From Phoronis australis (Eukaryota > Animalia > Phoronida), in the NCBI GenBank assembly GCA_002633005.1, contig NMRA01000053.1:248001-312000 (forward strand): a DNA stretch of 64,000 nt, written 5' to 3'. The stretch's first letter is position 1; every line of letters starts with the position of its first letter. Positions 52,323 through 64,000 of the stretch are shown here, one piece after another. Made by a program: the position numbers and the translations under genes. The notes beneath the pieces are model-generated. The model was not told the DNA's origin, searched no databases, and worked only from the letters and a program-made list of their open reading frames with translations.

Positions 52323-54114
52323 GTTTGTTTGTCATATATTTGTCTTGTGGTCGTGGAGCTAAAAAAAACAGGGCAAGGAGTGTTTCTGGGCCGTATATAT
52401 ATGGCTATATGTCACGTGCTATAGTGTAGTATGTTGTGAAACCTTATTGAAGGGTCCGTTCTGTAGAAAAATGTGATAATTGGTTACTTCAATTGTTCAT
52501 TCTTAACTGAGTTAGCCTTTGATATGAGCGCATCGTTAGTGCTGTGTTGCTTAATACATTTCCTCACCTGCAAACATTGTCATAATTGTTGACTGCCAAT
52601 CATTTTGTGGGTATCAATTTCATTGCCATTAAGCTGTTGTTAGGGTGATTGGTTATGAGCTTTGTTAGCAGCGTTTTATGATTGACGTAAATGGTGCACT
52701 AATCAGTGGGGAATGTTGGAATGAAGTTTGTGTTGATGATGATGATGGGAATATCAGCCAGTCATATGACGCTGATGACTAGTGCTGCCACCTGATGATA
52801 AAGTGTGGTTTATCTTCATTGTGTGTGACGAAGGGTAATACTTTTGGCTTGATAAAAACAAGTTTTTAGTATTAGCCGCCTTAGGCTCAGTCCACAGAAA
52901 TAAAGTTTTTGCCGAGTCGTTTACGTACCATCAGATTCGTTGGCCTCCATGTGATCAGTGGCCGTTGCTTGGTGAATGTGCCTCATTCATGTGCTAATGA
53001 AAACATTAGAAACTGCCCGTTTCATGGCACCTCGTACTTCATCAATAGATTTGTGCAAGAACTGTTATCAGGATGCCTGTTTATCAGGAAATCTGTTCTA
53101 AAGCTGTATTGTGGAGCAGAATTATCACAATAGCCATGGCTTCATCTTAGTAAAACAATAGCAAAAATGAACTGTTGTATTGGGAACTAAACGGGTCGTT
53201 TTTAACTGGCTGGCTTCTGAAATTGAATTCCTCGTAAAAAGTTAGGTTAGGATCCTTTTTAGCTGATGAAATACGATAAAAATTAGCTAAAATAGATGCA
53301 TCAGGTTTGATGAAAGGTTTAATAACTTTTTGGACCATGTTATGTGATTGGCCTACCATTTAAATCAGACCAAAGACTGATAGAGGGCTTAGCAACAGGC
53401 TAGATTAATAGATGGATTTAGCTTTGATTTAGAAACAGCTGGCTGTCCTCTGGAGTTGAAACCAAACCAGAGGTTTTGTGCTGGCTATGTATGTAGTATC
53501 CTAGCTGTTTTTCCCCTTCAAACACTGTCGAAGTGGGAAACGAACCCAGATATCATTGTCCTGTTGTCCGGTGATACTTGCAACACATTGTCATGATATC
53601 TTCAATGGGTATTGGCTTATGAATTGAAAGATTTAAAATTAGTATTACAGGTGAAATAATGACCCAAATGAAATAATTATAACTGAAAGGAATTATGTTC
53701 TTTGCCCAAAAGCGTCCATCTCACAGCTAACATTAGTTGTCCATAGATGAGTCATGATATGCACAGTATCCTACTCCAGTGATAGTGGAGCTTCTCTGTC
53801 ATACTGTAGTGGAGACAATCTAGTAGCAACATCATATTGTTCTCATTCATTGGACATTTTGATCATATGACTGAGTTAGTGCTTGGGACTTGGCAGAGTA
53901 GTCAATCGGTCACACCATAGGTGTTTATTCAATTCCGTACATGTTCTTGTGCAATTTGCTGCTGGCAAATATCTCTGATAGTTGAGCAAATCTTGGCTAT
54001 ATTCAGGAGAAGGTTATAATGGAAAAACAGCAGTTGGAAAATGTGAAAAGTGCTGTGGGCAGGTTACCATTTTGTGAAGTTAGAAAATTGTGAAAACTAG
54101 TTTGTCAATACGTT

Positions 54115-54421
54115 CTGTGTGTGCAGAATATACTTGTGTGCTAACGCAGTAGGTCGCTTGATGTGCTATTTTGTGTGTGTGCTGAATATACTTGCGTGCC
54201 AACAGAGAGGGTGTACATCGCTATGTACTATTTTGTGTGTGTGCTGAATATACTTGTGTGCCAACAGAGAGGGTGTACATCGCTATGTACTATTTTGTGT
54301 GTGTGCTGAATATACTTGTGTGCCAACAGAGAGGGTGTACATCGCTATGTACTATTTTGTGTGTGTGCTGAATATACTTGTGTGCCAACAGAGGGGGTGT
54401 ACATCGCTATGTACTATTTTG
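54115..54421. repeat. 62-bp tandem repeat (4 near-perfect units plus 1 degenerate) abutting a splice acceptor
   Basis: gctgaatatacttgtgtgccaacagagagggtgtacatcgctatgtactattttgtgtgtgt starting at 54181, 54243, 54305 and 54367. Confidence 0.9.
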
Positions 54422-54424
54422 TAG

Positions 54425-54550
54425 ATGTGGATGAGTGCAGCACCCCAGTTTCACACAACTGTGATCCAAACGCAGACTGTACCAATTTTGATGGAGGATT
54501 CAACTGTACATGCAAAAATGGTTATACAGGAAATGGAACTAGTTGTGCAG
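54425..54550 (+). CDS. Calcium-binding EGF exon of the EGF-repeat protein
   Basis: ttttgtag acceptor, G|GTTTGA donor, 126 nt, phase 1-1; (D)VDECSTPVSHNCDPNADCTNFDGGFNCTCKNGYTGNGTSCA. Confidence 0.92.
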
Positions 54551-55946
54551 GTTTGATTCAGATGTCATTTCAAATTCATCAAAGGAAATAGTATGCAAGA
54601 ATAGCTTCGAAGATCTCCACATTTGGGGTCAGAAAAGTGACTTAGAACTCCTGCGTCATATTTTCTGAAAAAGGCTCAGCTGAGTAATTATAACCACGTC
54701 ACAGTCTTTAAATAGATGATAGAAATTGTCCCAGTAAGTGGTAGCTCTTTGTACGTACTCTCAGAGACTTTGCACTTTTGCCGAAGTGAGATTTAATTAT
54801 TTTTCACAAATAGTGTTTGGAAAAAAAGTCCAAAATTTCTGACTTGAGCCTTCTGTTGCTTTTCATGGAGCAAACCCTATAAATTATTTCTAAATTCTGA
54901 TGCTCACATAATTAGTTGGCTAAATTTTTTTCAACAATTGTGAAGTGGGAGGGTACAACCAAATTTCTGTCTCAAGTTTTAAGTCGCTTTCATGAAACAG
55001 TCCCTTCGCTTAGCAGATCTATTTCTGAAAAATAAATAAATTAATCTCTCTTGAGGAAAGATGCAAAGTCTGAGAACATACACTAACTGCTAGTTACGGA
55101 GACAATTTCTGTCAATGCTTTCTAGACTGCGATGCGCTCATAATTTCTTGGCTAAATATTCATTCCGCTATTGTAAAGCAGGAGTGTAAGACCAAGTTTC
55201 TGTCTGAAGTCTTCAGTCAGCTTTGATGAAACAGACCATGACCAATCTGTCATGACTTCTTCCTTGCTAAGTCGGTTTTGCTTTTTTCTTTGATTTTGTC
55301 ACAAATTCTCTCATACAGTCAGAAGGCTGAATTTTTATTGAAAAAGCAAGTCCTTTTAAAAGCTTATCATCTGACATTGCGTAAATGCAATGATCAAATG
55401 ACTGTTGAAGAAGTCATCAGAACAAGGGCCAGTATTAAGCTATTGCTATTATTAACCTTGGAAAAGTATGACTACCATGATTTTTATTTCAGCTGTGATC
55501 ACTGTTGTCTAACATTTAGTAGACATGGACCAACCTGAAAGTTGCATTGAAAAAGCTATTGTTACAGTCACAAAATATCTATTAGTTGTATGACTGAAAA
55601 GGATGAAAAGGCTAACATAGGCAGTGCACACATATTGAAAATAGAATGTTATGAACAATATGGGTTTCATCACCATTTTATATGGGCCCACATATGTGGG
55701 TGCTTATTGCCGTCTCTGTCTGGGTGTACAGACGTCTGGTGTCGACGGCTTTTCTCTAATTACCTTGCATGATCTTTATGAGATTGGGCAAATGTGTTCC
55801 TATGAATCTGATGATGAGTTTCAAACTGATCAAACTTAAACTCTGTCTCCTAGAGGCAATTTTAGTTTTTTACATTTACCTCTGTATGTTGGGAGTTCGT
55901 CGATGGATTTTCATGAAATTCGACAAATAGGTCTCTATTAAGGTAA

Positions 55947-56380
55947 TGTAGGGCCGTAGAAAAATAAATGTCAAAATGAGGCTAACTTTGGAACATTGTA
56001 TTTCAGAAATTGTTTTTTAAATGTTCCACTTTTTAATGAGTGGCTATAAAAACTTAGAACTTTTATGATTTTCATGGAAAACTGAAGTGTCATAAATGTA
56101 AACAAAATATTTTAGGGAATTTGAAATCTCATCTTGAACATTTATATCAAAAAATTGATCATGTAATTGATACTATCAATGTATCTTTCTTTTTTGGTAA
56201 ATTTTAACAAAAAGACATGGTAACTTGACCCAATTAGTGGCAGATTAGCAAAAAGTCAAAAATCAATTCCTACAGGCTTCCTGTTTTCAGAAAATATATA
56301 GTTTTACTGAGTTAAAATCTATAATTTTGGAAATATTTGGCTAAATATGCAGATTTGAAGATAATATCGTATAACAGTCC
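55947..56380. mobile_element. Inverted TGTAGG-family MITE inserted in HINE-like repeats (~55780-57010)
   Basis: Starts tgtagggccg; reverse-complement similarity to 9360-9760. Confidence 0.5.
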
Positions 56381-57228
56381 CTCATTTTGTGATGTATTCA
56401 ATGTAATGTGCACCCCTAGTGGTTATTTTTAGTGTCTGGACTTCTTTCTGCCAATTCGCTGGAAAGATCATTATGAAATTTTACAGATGTTTTCCGATTG
56501 AGTTGAGAGCACAATGGATGTTTATTTTTGAATGGGTCCAAATACTGTGGTCAGCCCCTCTGTGTGGTAGTTGTTTGCCTGTGCCACAATGTGTACCATG
56601 GTCCTTGATAGATCTGAAATTTGGTATGTGTGTTATAGTGGAGTACGGTTGATGTTGATTTTGGAATGTGTTGGACCACTATGGCATCCCCTGGTGGCAA
56701 TTTAGATTTTCATTGTTTATGACATCTATATCTACCAAGTTCCCAAATGTAATGTCATGAAATTTAGCAACGAGTTTCTATCATTGAGACGACAACACTT
56801 ATCAGCCTTGTTTTGCATGGATTTGGCTTATGCTGGGCTCCCTTGTGGTCTTATTATTATTGTGTCTGTTTTGTCTTCTGCTTTCCTATCCATCAAGCCG
56901 CTCAAAAAATCATGAAACGTGTCAGGTGTGTTGCTATTGAGGGCAGTATGGACGGTGTCAATTTTTTAAAATGTGCGATTACGTGGAGCCCCATAGTGTA
57001 GAGACAATTATGGACAAAAATTATGGACAAAATTCATCAAATTCTATGATTGTGGCAACCAGTCAATTAACAATCATTTTGCAGAAAACCTCAACCTGTC
57101 TAAAGGTGACAGTGTTCTTTTTCTTGATGGTATGTAGCCAGGTATCAGTCAGCAGAGCAAGTAAGGCAATGCTTAGGTCCTCTTTGTTATTTCTCACTTT
57201 GAAATAAGAAAAACTGGAATTTGGTTAA

Positions 57229-58948
57229 AGCCATATGATCCGTTTTTAAACGTTTTAAAAACATTATGAATCTGCATAAAAACCATTGAAACATACTCTC
57301 TGATACTTAATTAGAACTTTTCGTAAGTATGGGGTTGATCTACTGTCTACATATTTTTTCTTTTATTTTTTATTTTCTTAAAAACTGCGTGATCAAAACA
57401 AACGAATGTCACCCATAATGCTGTGCGGTTTGACCTTTCGTCAACTCGAGACAGTCAGCTGTTTCCGGTACTTCTTCGAAGAAGAGAAGTTCGCCTTAAC
57501 CAGGTAATTTACTTGTTTCTTGGACATTTTGATGACGATGTTGCTCCCTGTATGAGCTGAACAGTCTAACTACTATGCTTAGAATTAGATGAAAGGATTA
57601 CCTGTGGGAAAATTACGTTCTAAATTTGGGAGTAATCGTTGTGCTCGAGTTGAGTCTGCAGTGGTACCCTAGCCAGCCAGCTAGCTGTATGAAGACTGTC
57701 GTCAAAATACAGCTAGGTACCACTGACTGTGTGTTTTTCTTCCATACACCCCAGCCAGGGTAATATATGTAGTATGCAGCTTTGTACCAAGGCTAGCCCT
57801 AGCCCAAGGTCTATCAATGTTGTGACTGAAACTGAGTGTAATGTTATTGTGGTTGGATAGATCCTGTTTGTCACTCGATGGTCGTGGGTTGAGTTTGTAC
57901 CCGCTGGCAATTTTCAGACGTTGGACTTAAATTGCAAAACTATTCGTGTTTGCTGTAAGAAAAGCTTCATCTATCACCAGGGACTCTATACTCATTAGTA
58001 TATTCTATTAGCGGGGGCAGATCCAGGATTTTGAGTTGGGGGGAGGAGCAGGGTAGAGTATTAGCCAGGATTTAGTTTGCCAAACATTTGCACCGCGGAA
58101 CTGCCAAATGGGATCTGGGAGAATTTTAGGGAGGCCATGACCCCCTTGCCCCCCTCTAAATCCACCACTGACAAGTCAGCTAGCTAGTCCACTTGAACAC
58201 AAACCACTGGATCAGCGATGAAGCCTCAGATTGAATGTAAGCAAACTTGGGAAGTGCTGTAGACTGAAGCTTGTTGCGAAAAAAGTGAGATCATACAAAA
58301 CCATGCGTGGGAGTGGGACGCAACAAATTTGATGCCTGTTATTCAGTGAAGAAATCTGGTTCTCAAATTGCAGGACACTGGGAGTGTTCACATCATTACA
58401 GAACAATATACTATGTATGGGACCTCCTCAAAGGCAAAAGGGTATAGCCAAAGGCAGATTGGTAGGAGCATTAATAAAGGTCGAGCAGGTTACATCTTGT
58501 ATTATTAGTGGTATGGTCTAGATTGGGTAAATAAAGGGCTGGGGACAGGGAAAGGTTAATGAAAGTGCTTGCTTTTACCTTACGTACCCTTTCTTGGAAT
58601 TTGAGCTTGGGACTAGTCCCTTGCAGACTCACTGACTTTATTAAGAACACAATCCATCAGTTTACATGGCAGAGGGCCTAAAGAGTGCTTCGAAAATCAT
58701 TTATCCTTCTCAGTGTCAGCTGTTATCAGATTTCTATCATCAGTATTGGCAAGTTAAAGCAGGAACTAAACTTAGTCTGGAAACAGCTAGAGCATTGAAG
58801 TTCCAATTTCAGGTACACTCACACTTTTGCGAAAATGTGTATCCTATGGAATGTATTGATCAATGTTATCGAACTTCATGTCACACCAAAAGACCGACTA
58901 AAATGGTGTTGAGAGGTTTTTTTCTTCTACAACTCAGACCATAGGCCT
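57229..58948. mobile_element. Possible Kolobok-like non-autonomous element
   Basis: TTAA on both flanks; imperfect TIRs AGCCATATGATCC / reverse complement AGGCCTATGGTCT; contains the nested MITE at 58012-58170. Confidence 0.35.
58012..58170. mobile_element. hAT-like MITE, inverted copy of 16140-16296
   Basis: gatccaggattttgagtt...tctgggagaattttag...taaatccaccactg. Confidence 0.65.
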
Positions 58949-59431
58949 TTAAATGCAATTTGAAAGAAAATGGAATTTCATGTTTGCTAAAGTAGATTTC
59001 TCTGTTTTTGAAAAGCAAAAATTGGGTCTCTACTTGTGGCAATTTTAGGTTTTGTTATATCTACCTCAATATCGACCGAGTTCATTGATATACTTTTTAA
59101 ATTTAGTAGATTTGATCCTATTGAGGAAAGAATGGCTGTTATTGATTTTTGGACAGATAGATGCATGCACTCTGGGGCCCTTTAGTAGCAAATATCTTTT
59201 TCACAATTGCCTCAGTATGTATCTACCTTCTTGATGGAACTCTGTGGCATTTGTGTTTCCACTGAGGAGAGCAGAGGTAGTGTTGCTCCCTCTTTTGAGA
59301 ACGCTATCCCGTGTATCTGAGCTGTACGTGATGTAAACTGGGTGGACACCAAGGCCCTTTGTTGCTCTGGTTGATACATGTATATCGCTTCCTATCCTTT
59401 TATGCATACAGTCTAGTCTGTAGGATCACCT

Positions 59432-60330
59432 GCTTGCTTGCTCTGTTCATGCTCTAGGCTGTGTCCTTTGACTGCAGGAAGTAGCCCTCCACCAGATCCC
59501 TCCATTGTTTTCGGTTCTTAGCTGTCCTTGGCCATGTTGGTCCATCTCTCTGCATGATGTCGTCTCGCCATCATCTTTTTGGTCTTCCCCTTGTTATCTT
59601 GCCTTTCCTCGGCTGCCATTAGGTTGTCCTCAGAGTCCACCTGTTATCCTTCATTCTTGCCACATGACCAGCCCATCTCCATTTCGTTTCTGTTATGCAT
59701 TTTGTTATATCTGTTACTTTAGTCCATTCTTTTATCTTTGGTATTTTGTCTTTCAAGCTGTTGCCCAGCAATTTCCTTTCCATTGCTCTCTGGTTTGTTT
59801 GCATCTTATTCATAAGTTCTTTGGTTGGCACCCGTAAGTCACTATTGGCATAACGCAGTGGTTGTACACTTTTTTAGTGCTATTGGCAGCTTTTCGTCTA
59901 GAAATATCTCTGTATCTGCTGAAACAACCCCAACATGTTCTTCATAATTTGGCGGGTTTTTTGCCTACCACCGACGCGCTGGTATAACGAGTTGCTGGCA
60001 AGTTTTTCTTTTGAGATGTTCTTTTCTGTAGCCTATCGATGTCCATGTCTCTCCCACAAGGCAGTGGGGACATTTGGCAGGTTTTAAGGCGTCTCCCTCT
60101 TGTCTGACAGTCTCTTCTCTGGGTACATAAGGTATTTTATAGAGTAGACTGTGCCACCAGTTTTCCTCACCTCACCCTCCGAGACTGTCGCCAGTTTGGT
60201 CCGCGACTGTTTATTTAGGCTAGCCCTTATTCGCAGCTGTCCTCCATATCTGGAGGATGTCCACTATCCGCCACCTGTGACGCTCTGGGTCGGGGATGGT
60301 CTCCCCAAGTTCCCATCTTGCTTACACCAT
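59432..60330 (-). mobile_element. Internally deleted RTE LINE (5' leader joined to the 3' end)
   Basis: 3' part: KKVYNHCVMPIVTYGC...QRAMERKLLG...KWRWAGHVARMKDNRWT...WQPR...RGRPKR.WRDDI with a (gcaa)n tail. 5' part: CCTCCAGATATGGAGG..AGCTGCGAATA...AATAAACAGTCGCGGAC, which I recognise from RTE 5' regions. Confidence 0.8.
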
Positions 60331-60491
60331 TATTATTAAATAATGTACACAACAAACACATACTTTCACAATTTTATTTAGTTATTAAATATTCAAGATT
60401 GACACTTATTTTATTATTATTATTATTATTATTGCGATTACTTTCATGTAAACGTGACAGCACTGGTAACATTAATGTGTTTTTGTAACGG

Positions 60492-60614
60492 ATGTAGACG
60501 GGTGTTCCTCAGGTTTACATGACTGTAGTATTCACGCTACCTGCAGCAACTTTAGTGGAGGATTCAACTGCACTTGAAAAAGTGGTTACCAAGGAAACGG
60601 GACCTCCTGCTCAG
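60492..60614 (+). pseudogene. Disabled calcium-binding EGF pseudo-exon
   Basis: (D)VDGCSSGLHDCSIHATCSNFSGGFNCT*KSGYQGNGTSCS. Acceptor reads CGG instead of CAG, donor reads AT instead of GT, and Cys5 is TGA (60575-60577). Confidence 0.85.
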
Positions 60615-61934
60615 ATAATGATTGATGGATGTAGCCATAATAGCTGTTATGATCTTTTCCCATATTGCTTTTAAGTTGAGATCAAACTTACTTTTATGTG
60701 CAATTTACTAGACAACAATGCTTCATGAATCAATATACAGTAACTCTACACATATTTCCTACAAAAAAAATTCCAAAATGTCTTTATTTTTCCATCTTTC
60801 AAAGGATGATTACGTTACTAAAGAAAATGGAAAATTGCCAAACGTTGTTAATGATGTCTGCACATTACAAAGCAGGCTCAGATTAAAATTTCCCCAATCT
60901 TTGCATTTGTGGAGAAATTTGTCAAAGTAGAATTTCAACCGTCGTCGGTCATATTGTGTGCTACATGAGTGCAGAATTACTGTACATTGAGTGGGTTTTA
61001 ACTAACAAAAAATAAATAGTGGCTGTTGAATACTCATTCACTGTTGACCATCTGTTTGTGAGCTAGTCTAATTCTAAACTCTTTGAATAAATTTATTTCT
61101 CAAAATAGTAGTATGATTTTTTTTCTTTTTTCAATAAAATTATTTCCTCATGATAAGTTAAATTAGGATAATTTTTTCCAAAGAAATATAATAAAATTTA
61201 CCCAAAATAGAGGCGTTCAGTTTCAGATTTCTGGTACCTGTTGATGAAAGTAGTTCCAGTTGGTTTTAGTAACTGTGTGAACCGTGCTACATTATTGGCC
61301 AGACAAAAGACTGTGGGATGCTTAACTATAGACTAGATTGATGTGTGGATTTATTCTCAGCTTGGAAAAGGCTGTTGAAACCGAACATGAGTTTTTTGTA
61401 ATGTAATCCGATCTTGCTTTAGCCACAGGCAAGGTAATTTATATACAAAGGAACACAGCTGTTTGTTTAATCCGAACATTATTAATATGAACACTGTATG
61501 TATGGGGTTGAGAAAATAGAAACATATGAATTATATAAGAACTGTTTTTGAAAATAAAAATAGATGTATATTTGGCTTAGTTTTCTTTAGCAATTATTGC
61601 TATTACTATTTCCCTGTGCAGTTGTCAATTTTCTTATTTTTATTTACTTTGCATCTCTTGCAGCCGTTCCAAAGTAGGGGCAATGAACAGTGTGGCCGTG
61701 GCCTATTCATTTGACGGTCTAACTGACAAAATTCAACAAAATTAACCTTTTTAGAATCTAAATCTCGTACAACAACTCGTATTAGCTATACAGATTACGA
61801 CGTTGAATAGGTATTTACTGAAACGGAGTTTAACTCTTGATTTTCAATTACTACTTTTGACCCAGTAGACATTTTGGGCTGGGAGGGAATACCATTCCAT
61901 AATGGTTTAGAATTTTGTAGATGGTTATAACTTA

Positions 61935-63294
61935 CCGTAATCGTTCGGGTTAACGCCCATGTTCAGTTAACCGCCCATCCCCGACTTAAAGTGCCGGGAT
62001 TTCCGATTTAACCGCCCACTGCTCGGTTAACCGCCCTCCCCCGATTTTTTAAGAGTTCAAGTTAAGCGCCCATCTCTCGGTTAAGCGCCCACCCCGACTT
62101 TTAAAGAATGAAGATTTAGCGCCTAGTGCTAAGGAAATGCGCGATTCCCCGACTTTTAGAAAAAGATCGATGATCACAATGAGTGCAACGACGCCGGGAC
62201 TCCGAGACGGTGGTTTAGCAATCTGAATCACAATACAGGTAAAGAGTTATTGTCTTGGGTCATGAACTCACTTCAAAATACTTGAACCTTTTTGTCACTT
62301 TATTTTCTTCCCTTGTTTGCAAAGTTTAAGAACGCCGCCGGCGTCAAAACCTCCGCTTTCAGCGACTTTGTCTGCCGCACTGAGTNNNNNNNNNNNNNNN
62401 NNNNNNNNNNNNNNNNNNNNNNNNNNNNNNNNNNNNNNNNNNNNNNNNNNNNNNNNNNNNNNNNNNNNNNNNNNNNNNNNNNNNNNNNNNNNNNNNNNNN
62501 NNNNNNNNNNNNNNNNNNNNNNNNNNNNNNNNNNNNNNNNNNNNNNNNNNNNNNNNNNNNNNNNNNNNNNNNNNNNNNNNNNNNNNNNNNNNNNNNNNNN
62601 NNNNNNNNNNNNNNNNNNNNNNNNNNNNNNNNNNNNNNNNNNNNNNNNNNNNNNNNNNNNNNNNNNNNNNNNNNNNNNNNNNNNNNNNNNNNNNNNNNNN
62701 NNNNNNNNNNNNNNNAAGTTTTTCAAACTTTTATTACAACCAATTTTAAAACTGCTCTCTGACTCAGAACTTGACAGCTACATATAGTACGAGACCATAA
62801 ATTTGATGTCTGACCTCTGCAACACGTGAAGCTTGCACGCGCGCACTTAAGCAGGGTCACATCTTGAAACAGTTTTAATTCAAGTGGAGGCTTCGTGGTC
62901 ACTGGTCGTCTGCGCACCGCAAGACGGCACGGGCTATTACTCAGCAATTTTGTAAATTTAATAGTGAATGACTAATCTGAGGGCAAGAGAACCTTTGTTG
63001 GGATCATCCGCTGTTATGACGTTTTCACAGACATTTGGCGACGTGACGATGAAGCTCTTTGAAAAGGGCTACGCGTTCCGAGTATGAGTGTCGTGTCGGG
63101 ATTTAGATCGCCAGGTAAGATTAACCGCCCAGGGCGGTTGACTGTCGTAATAAGCGCCCATGTTCGGTTAACCGCTCATCCCCTACTTTTGGTGGATTTT
63201 CGATTTAACCGCCCACTGCTCGGTTAACCGCCCTCCCCCGATTTTTTGGGTTCGCCAATTTAACCGCCCAGGGCGTTAACCCGAACGATTACGG
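61935..63294. mobile_element. Second copy of Tc2-like family A, spanning an assembly gap
   Basis: Perfect 24-bp TIRs CCGTAATCGTTCGGGTTAACGCCC with TA flanks; both arms collinear with 48663-51131. Confidence 0.85.
62386..62715. other. Assembly gap (330 N)
   Basis: Run of N. Confidence 1.
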
Positions 63295-63807
63295 TATAAA
63301 TGATGGGTGTCATTCACACACACTTTCAAATAGTAATGTGGTGACTGGTCACATGGGACCATATACTAGTGACCTCTAGTTTGCCTTGTGATGTTGATCA
63401 TCAGAAAGCTAATATTTCTTAGTTGTCTAACTAGATTTTGTAGCTGTTGAGAAAGTGGACTAATGTAAAAAGCAGTGGACACAAGTAATCAGAATGCTTT
63501 TATGAGATAGGAGAAAACTTATTTCCGGAAAATTAGGTCAATTATTGCCATTTAGGAGTCTCTTTAAGTAACTTAATCACAGTTTTTTATTTATGGGAAC
63601 AAAATTAATAACCATAGTAATGGCACTTCTCTATTGGACATGCTAAACGTCAGCACAACATCTGACGTTAGCTATTATCAACTGAAAATGAATTCAAAAT
63701 GTATCACTTTGTTGCTGAAAAAGTTAAGATATATAGGAATCCGAGTTTGAAAGTTAAAACGTACTTAAAGCGTAGTCTGAGTAATGCAGTGATGCTAATT
63801 AGGCAAA

Positions 63808-63930
63808 CTATAGTCAACCACACTATAGTCGCACCATAGTCACACCATAGTCGAGCATACTATAGTCGCATTACAGTGGCACTATAGTCATACTTTAGCC
63901 ACAATATAGTCACAATATAGTCACCATATG
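63808..63930. repeat. Degenerate 11-bp tandem repeat (cactatagtcg-like)
   Basis: About 10 units containing tatagtc. Confidence 0.7.
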
Positions 63931-64000
63931 AATACATGCATTTAGTTAGTCAGGTGAAACCCTTAGATCACGAATGGTCCCTTCCAGGTAAACATTTATC

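Noticed and set aside
60575-60577. Selenocysteine codon in an EGF domain
   Set aside because: Both splice sites of the exon are also destroyed; pseudo-exon is the simpler explanation.
62292-62787. Long ORFs in the track
   Set aside because: Artefacts of translating through the N gap.

Overview
AT-rich, intron- and repeat-rich animal genomic DNA (probably a marine invertebrate; inferred from gene and repeat style), so most of the ORF track is noise. Two spliced genes lie head-to-head. (1) On the minus strand, the 5' part of PIKfyve/Fab1 (FYVE-finger phosphoinositide kinase): five phase-compatible coding exons from the ATG at 10926, running off the left edge. A 2.1-kb block with two of its exons appears twice, joined by a single N, most likely a haplotype-overlap assembly artefact. 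(2) On the plus strand, a secreted or membrane EGF-repeat protein: a signal-peptide exon at 17283-17352, a ~30.7-kb first intron, three phase-1 EGF exons, and a fourth EGF exon disabled at both splice sites and by a Cys-to-TGA change. The introns hold many non-autonomous elements. The most notable are TA-flanked Tc2/pogo-type DNA transposons (CCGTA ends) with a degenerate stand-alone HIRAN-domain ORF and no recognisable transposase, a ~530-bp miniature LTR element (TRIM) whose LTRs contain a tRNA-like Pol III A/B-box module, and an internally deleted RTE LINE retaining a structured 5' leader. All calls come from manual reading and translation; no searches were run.
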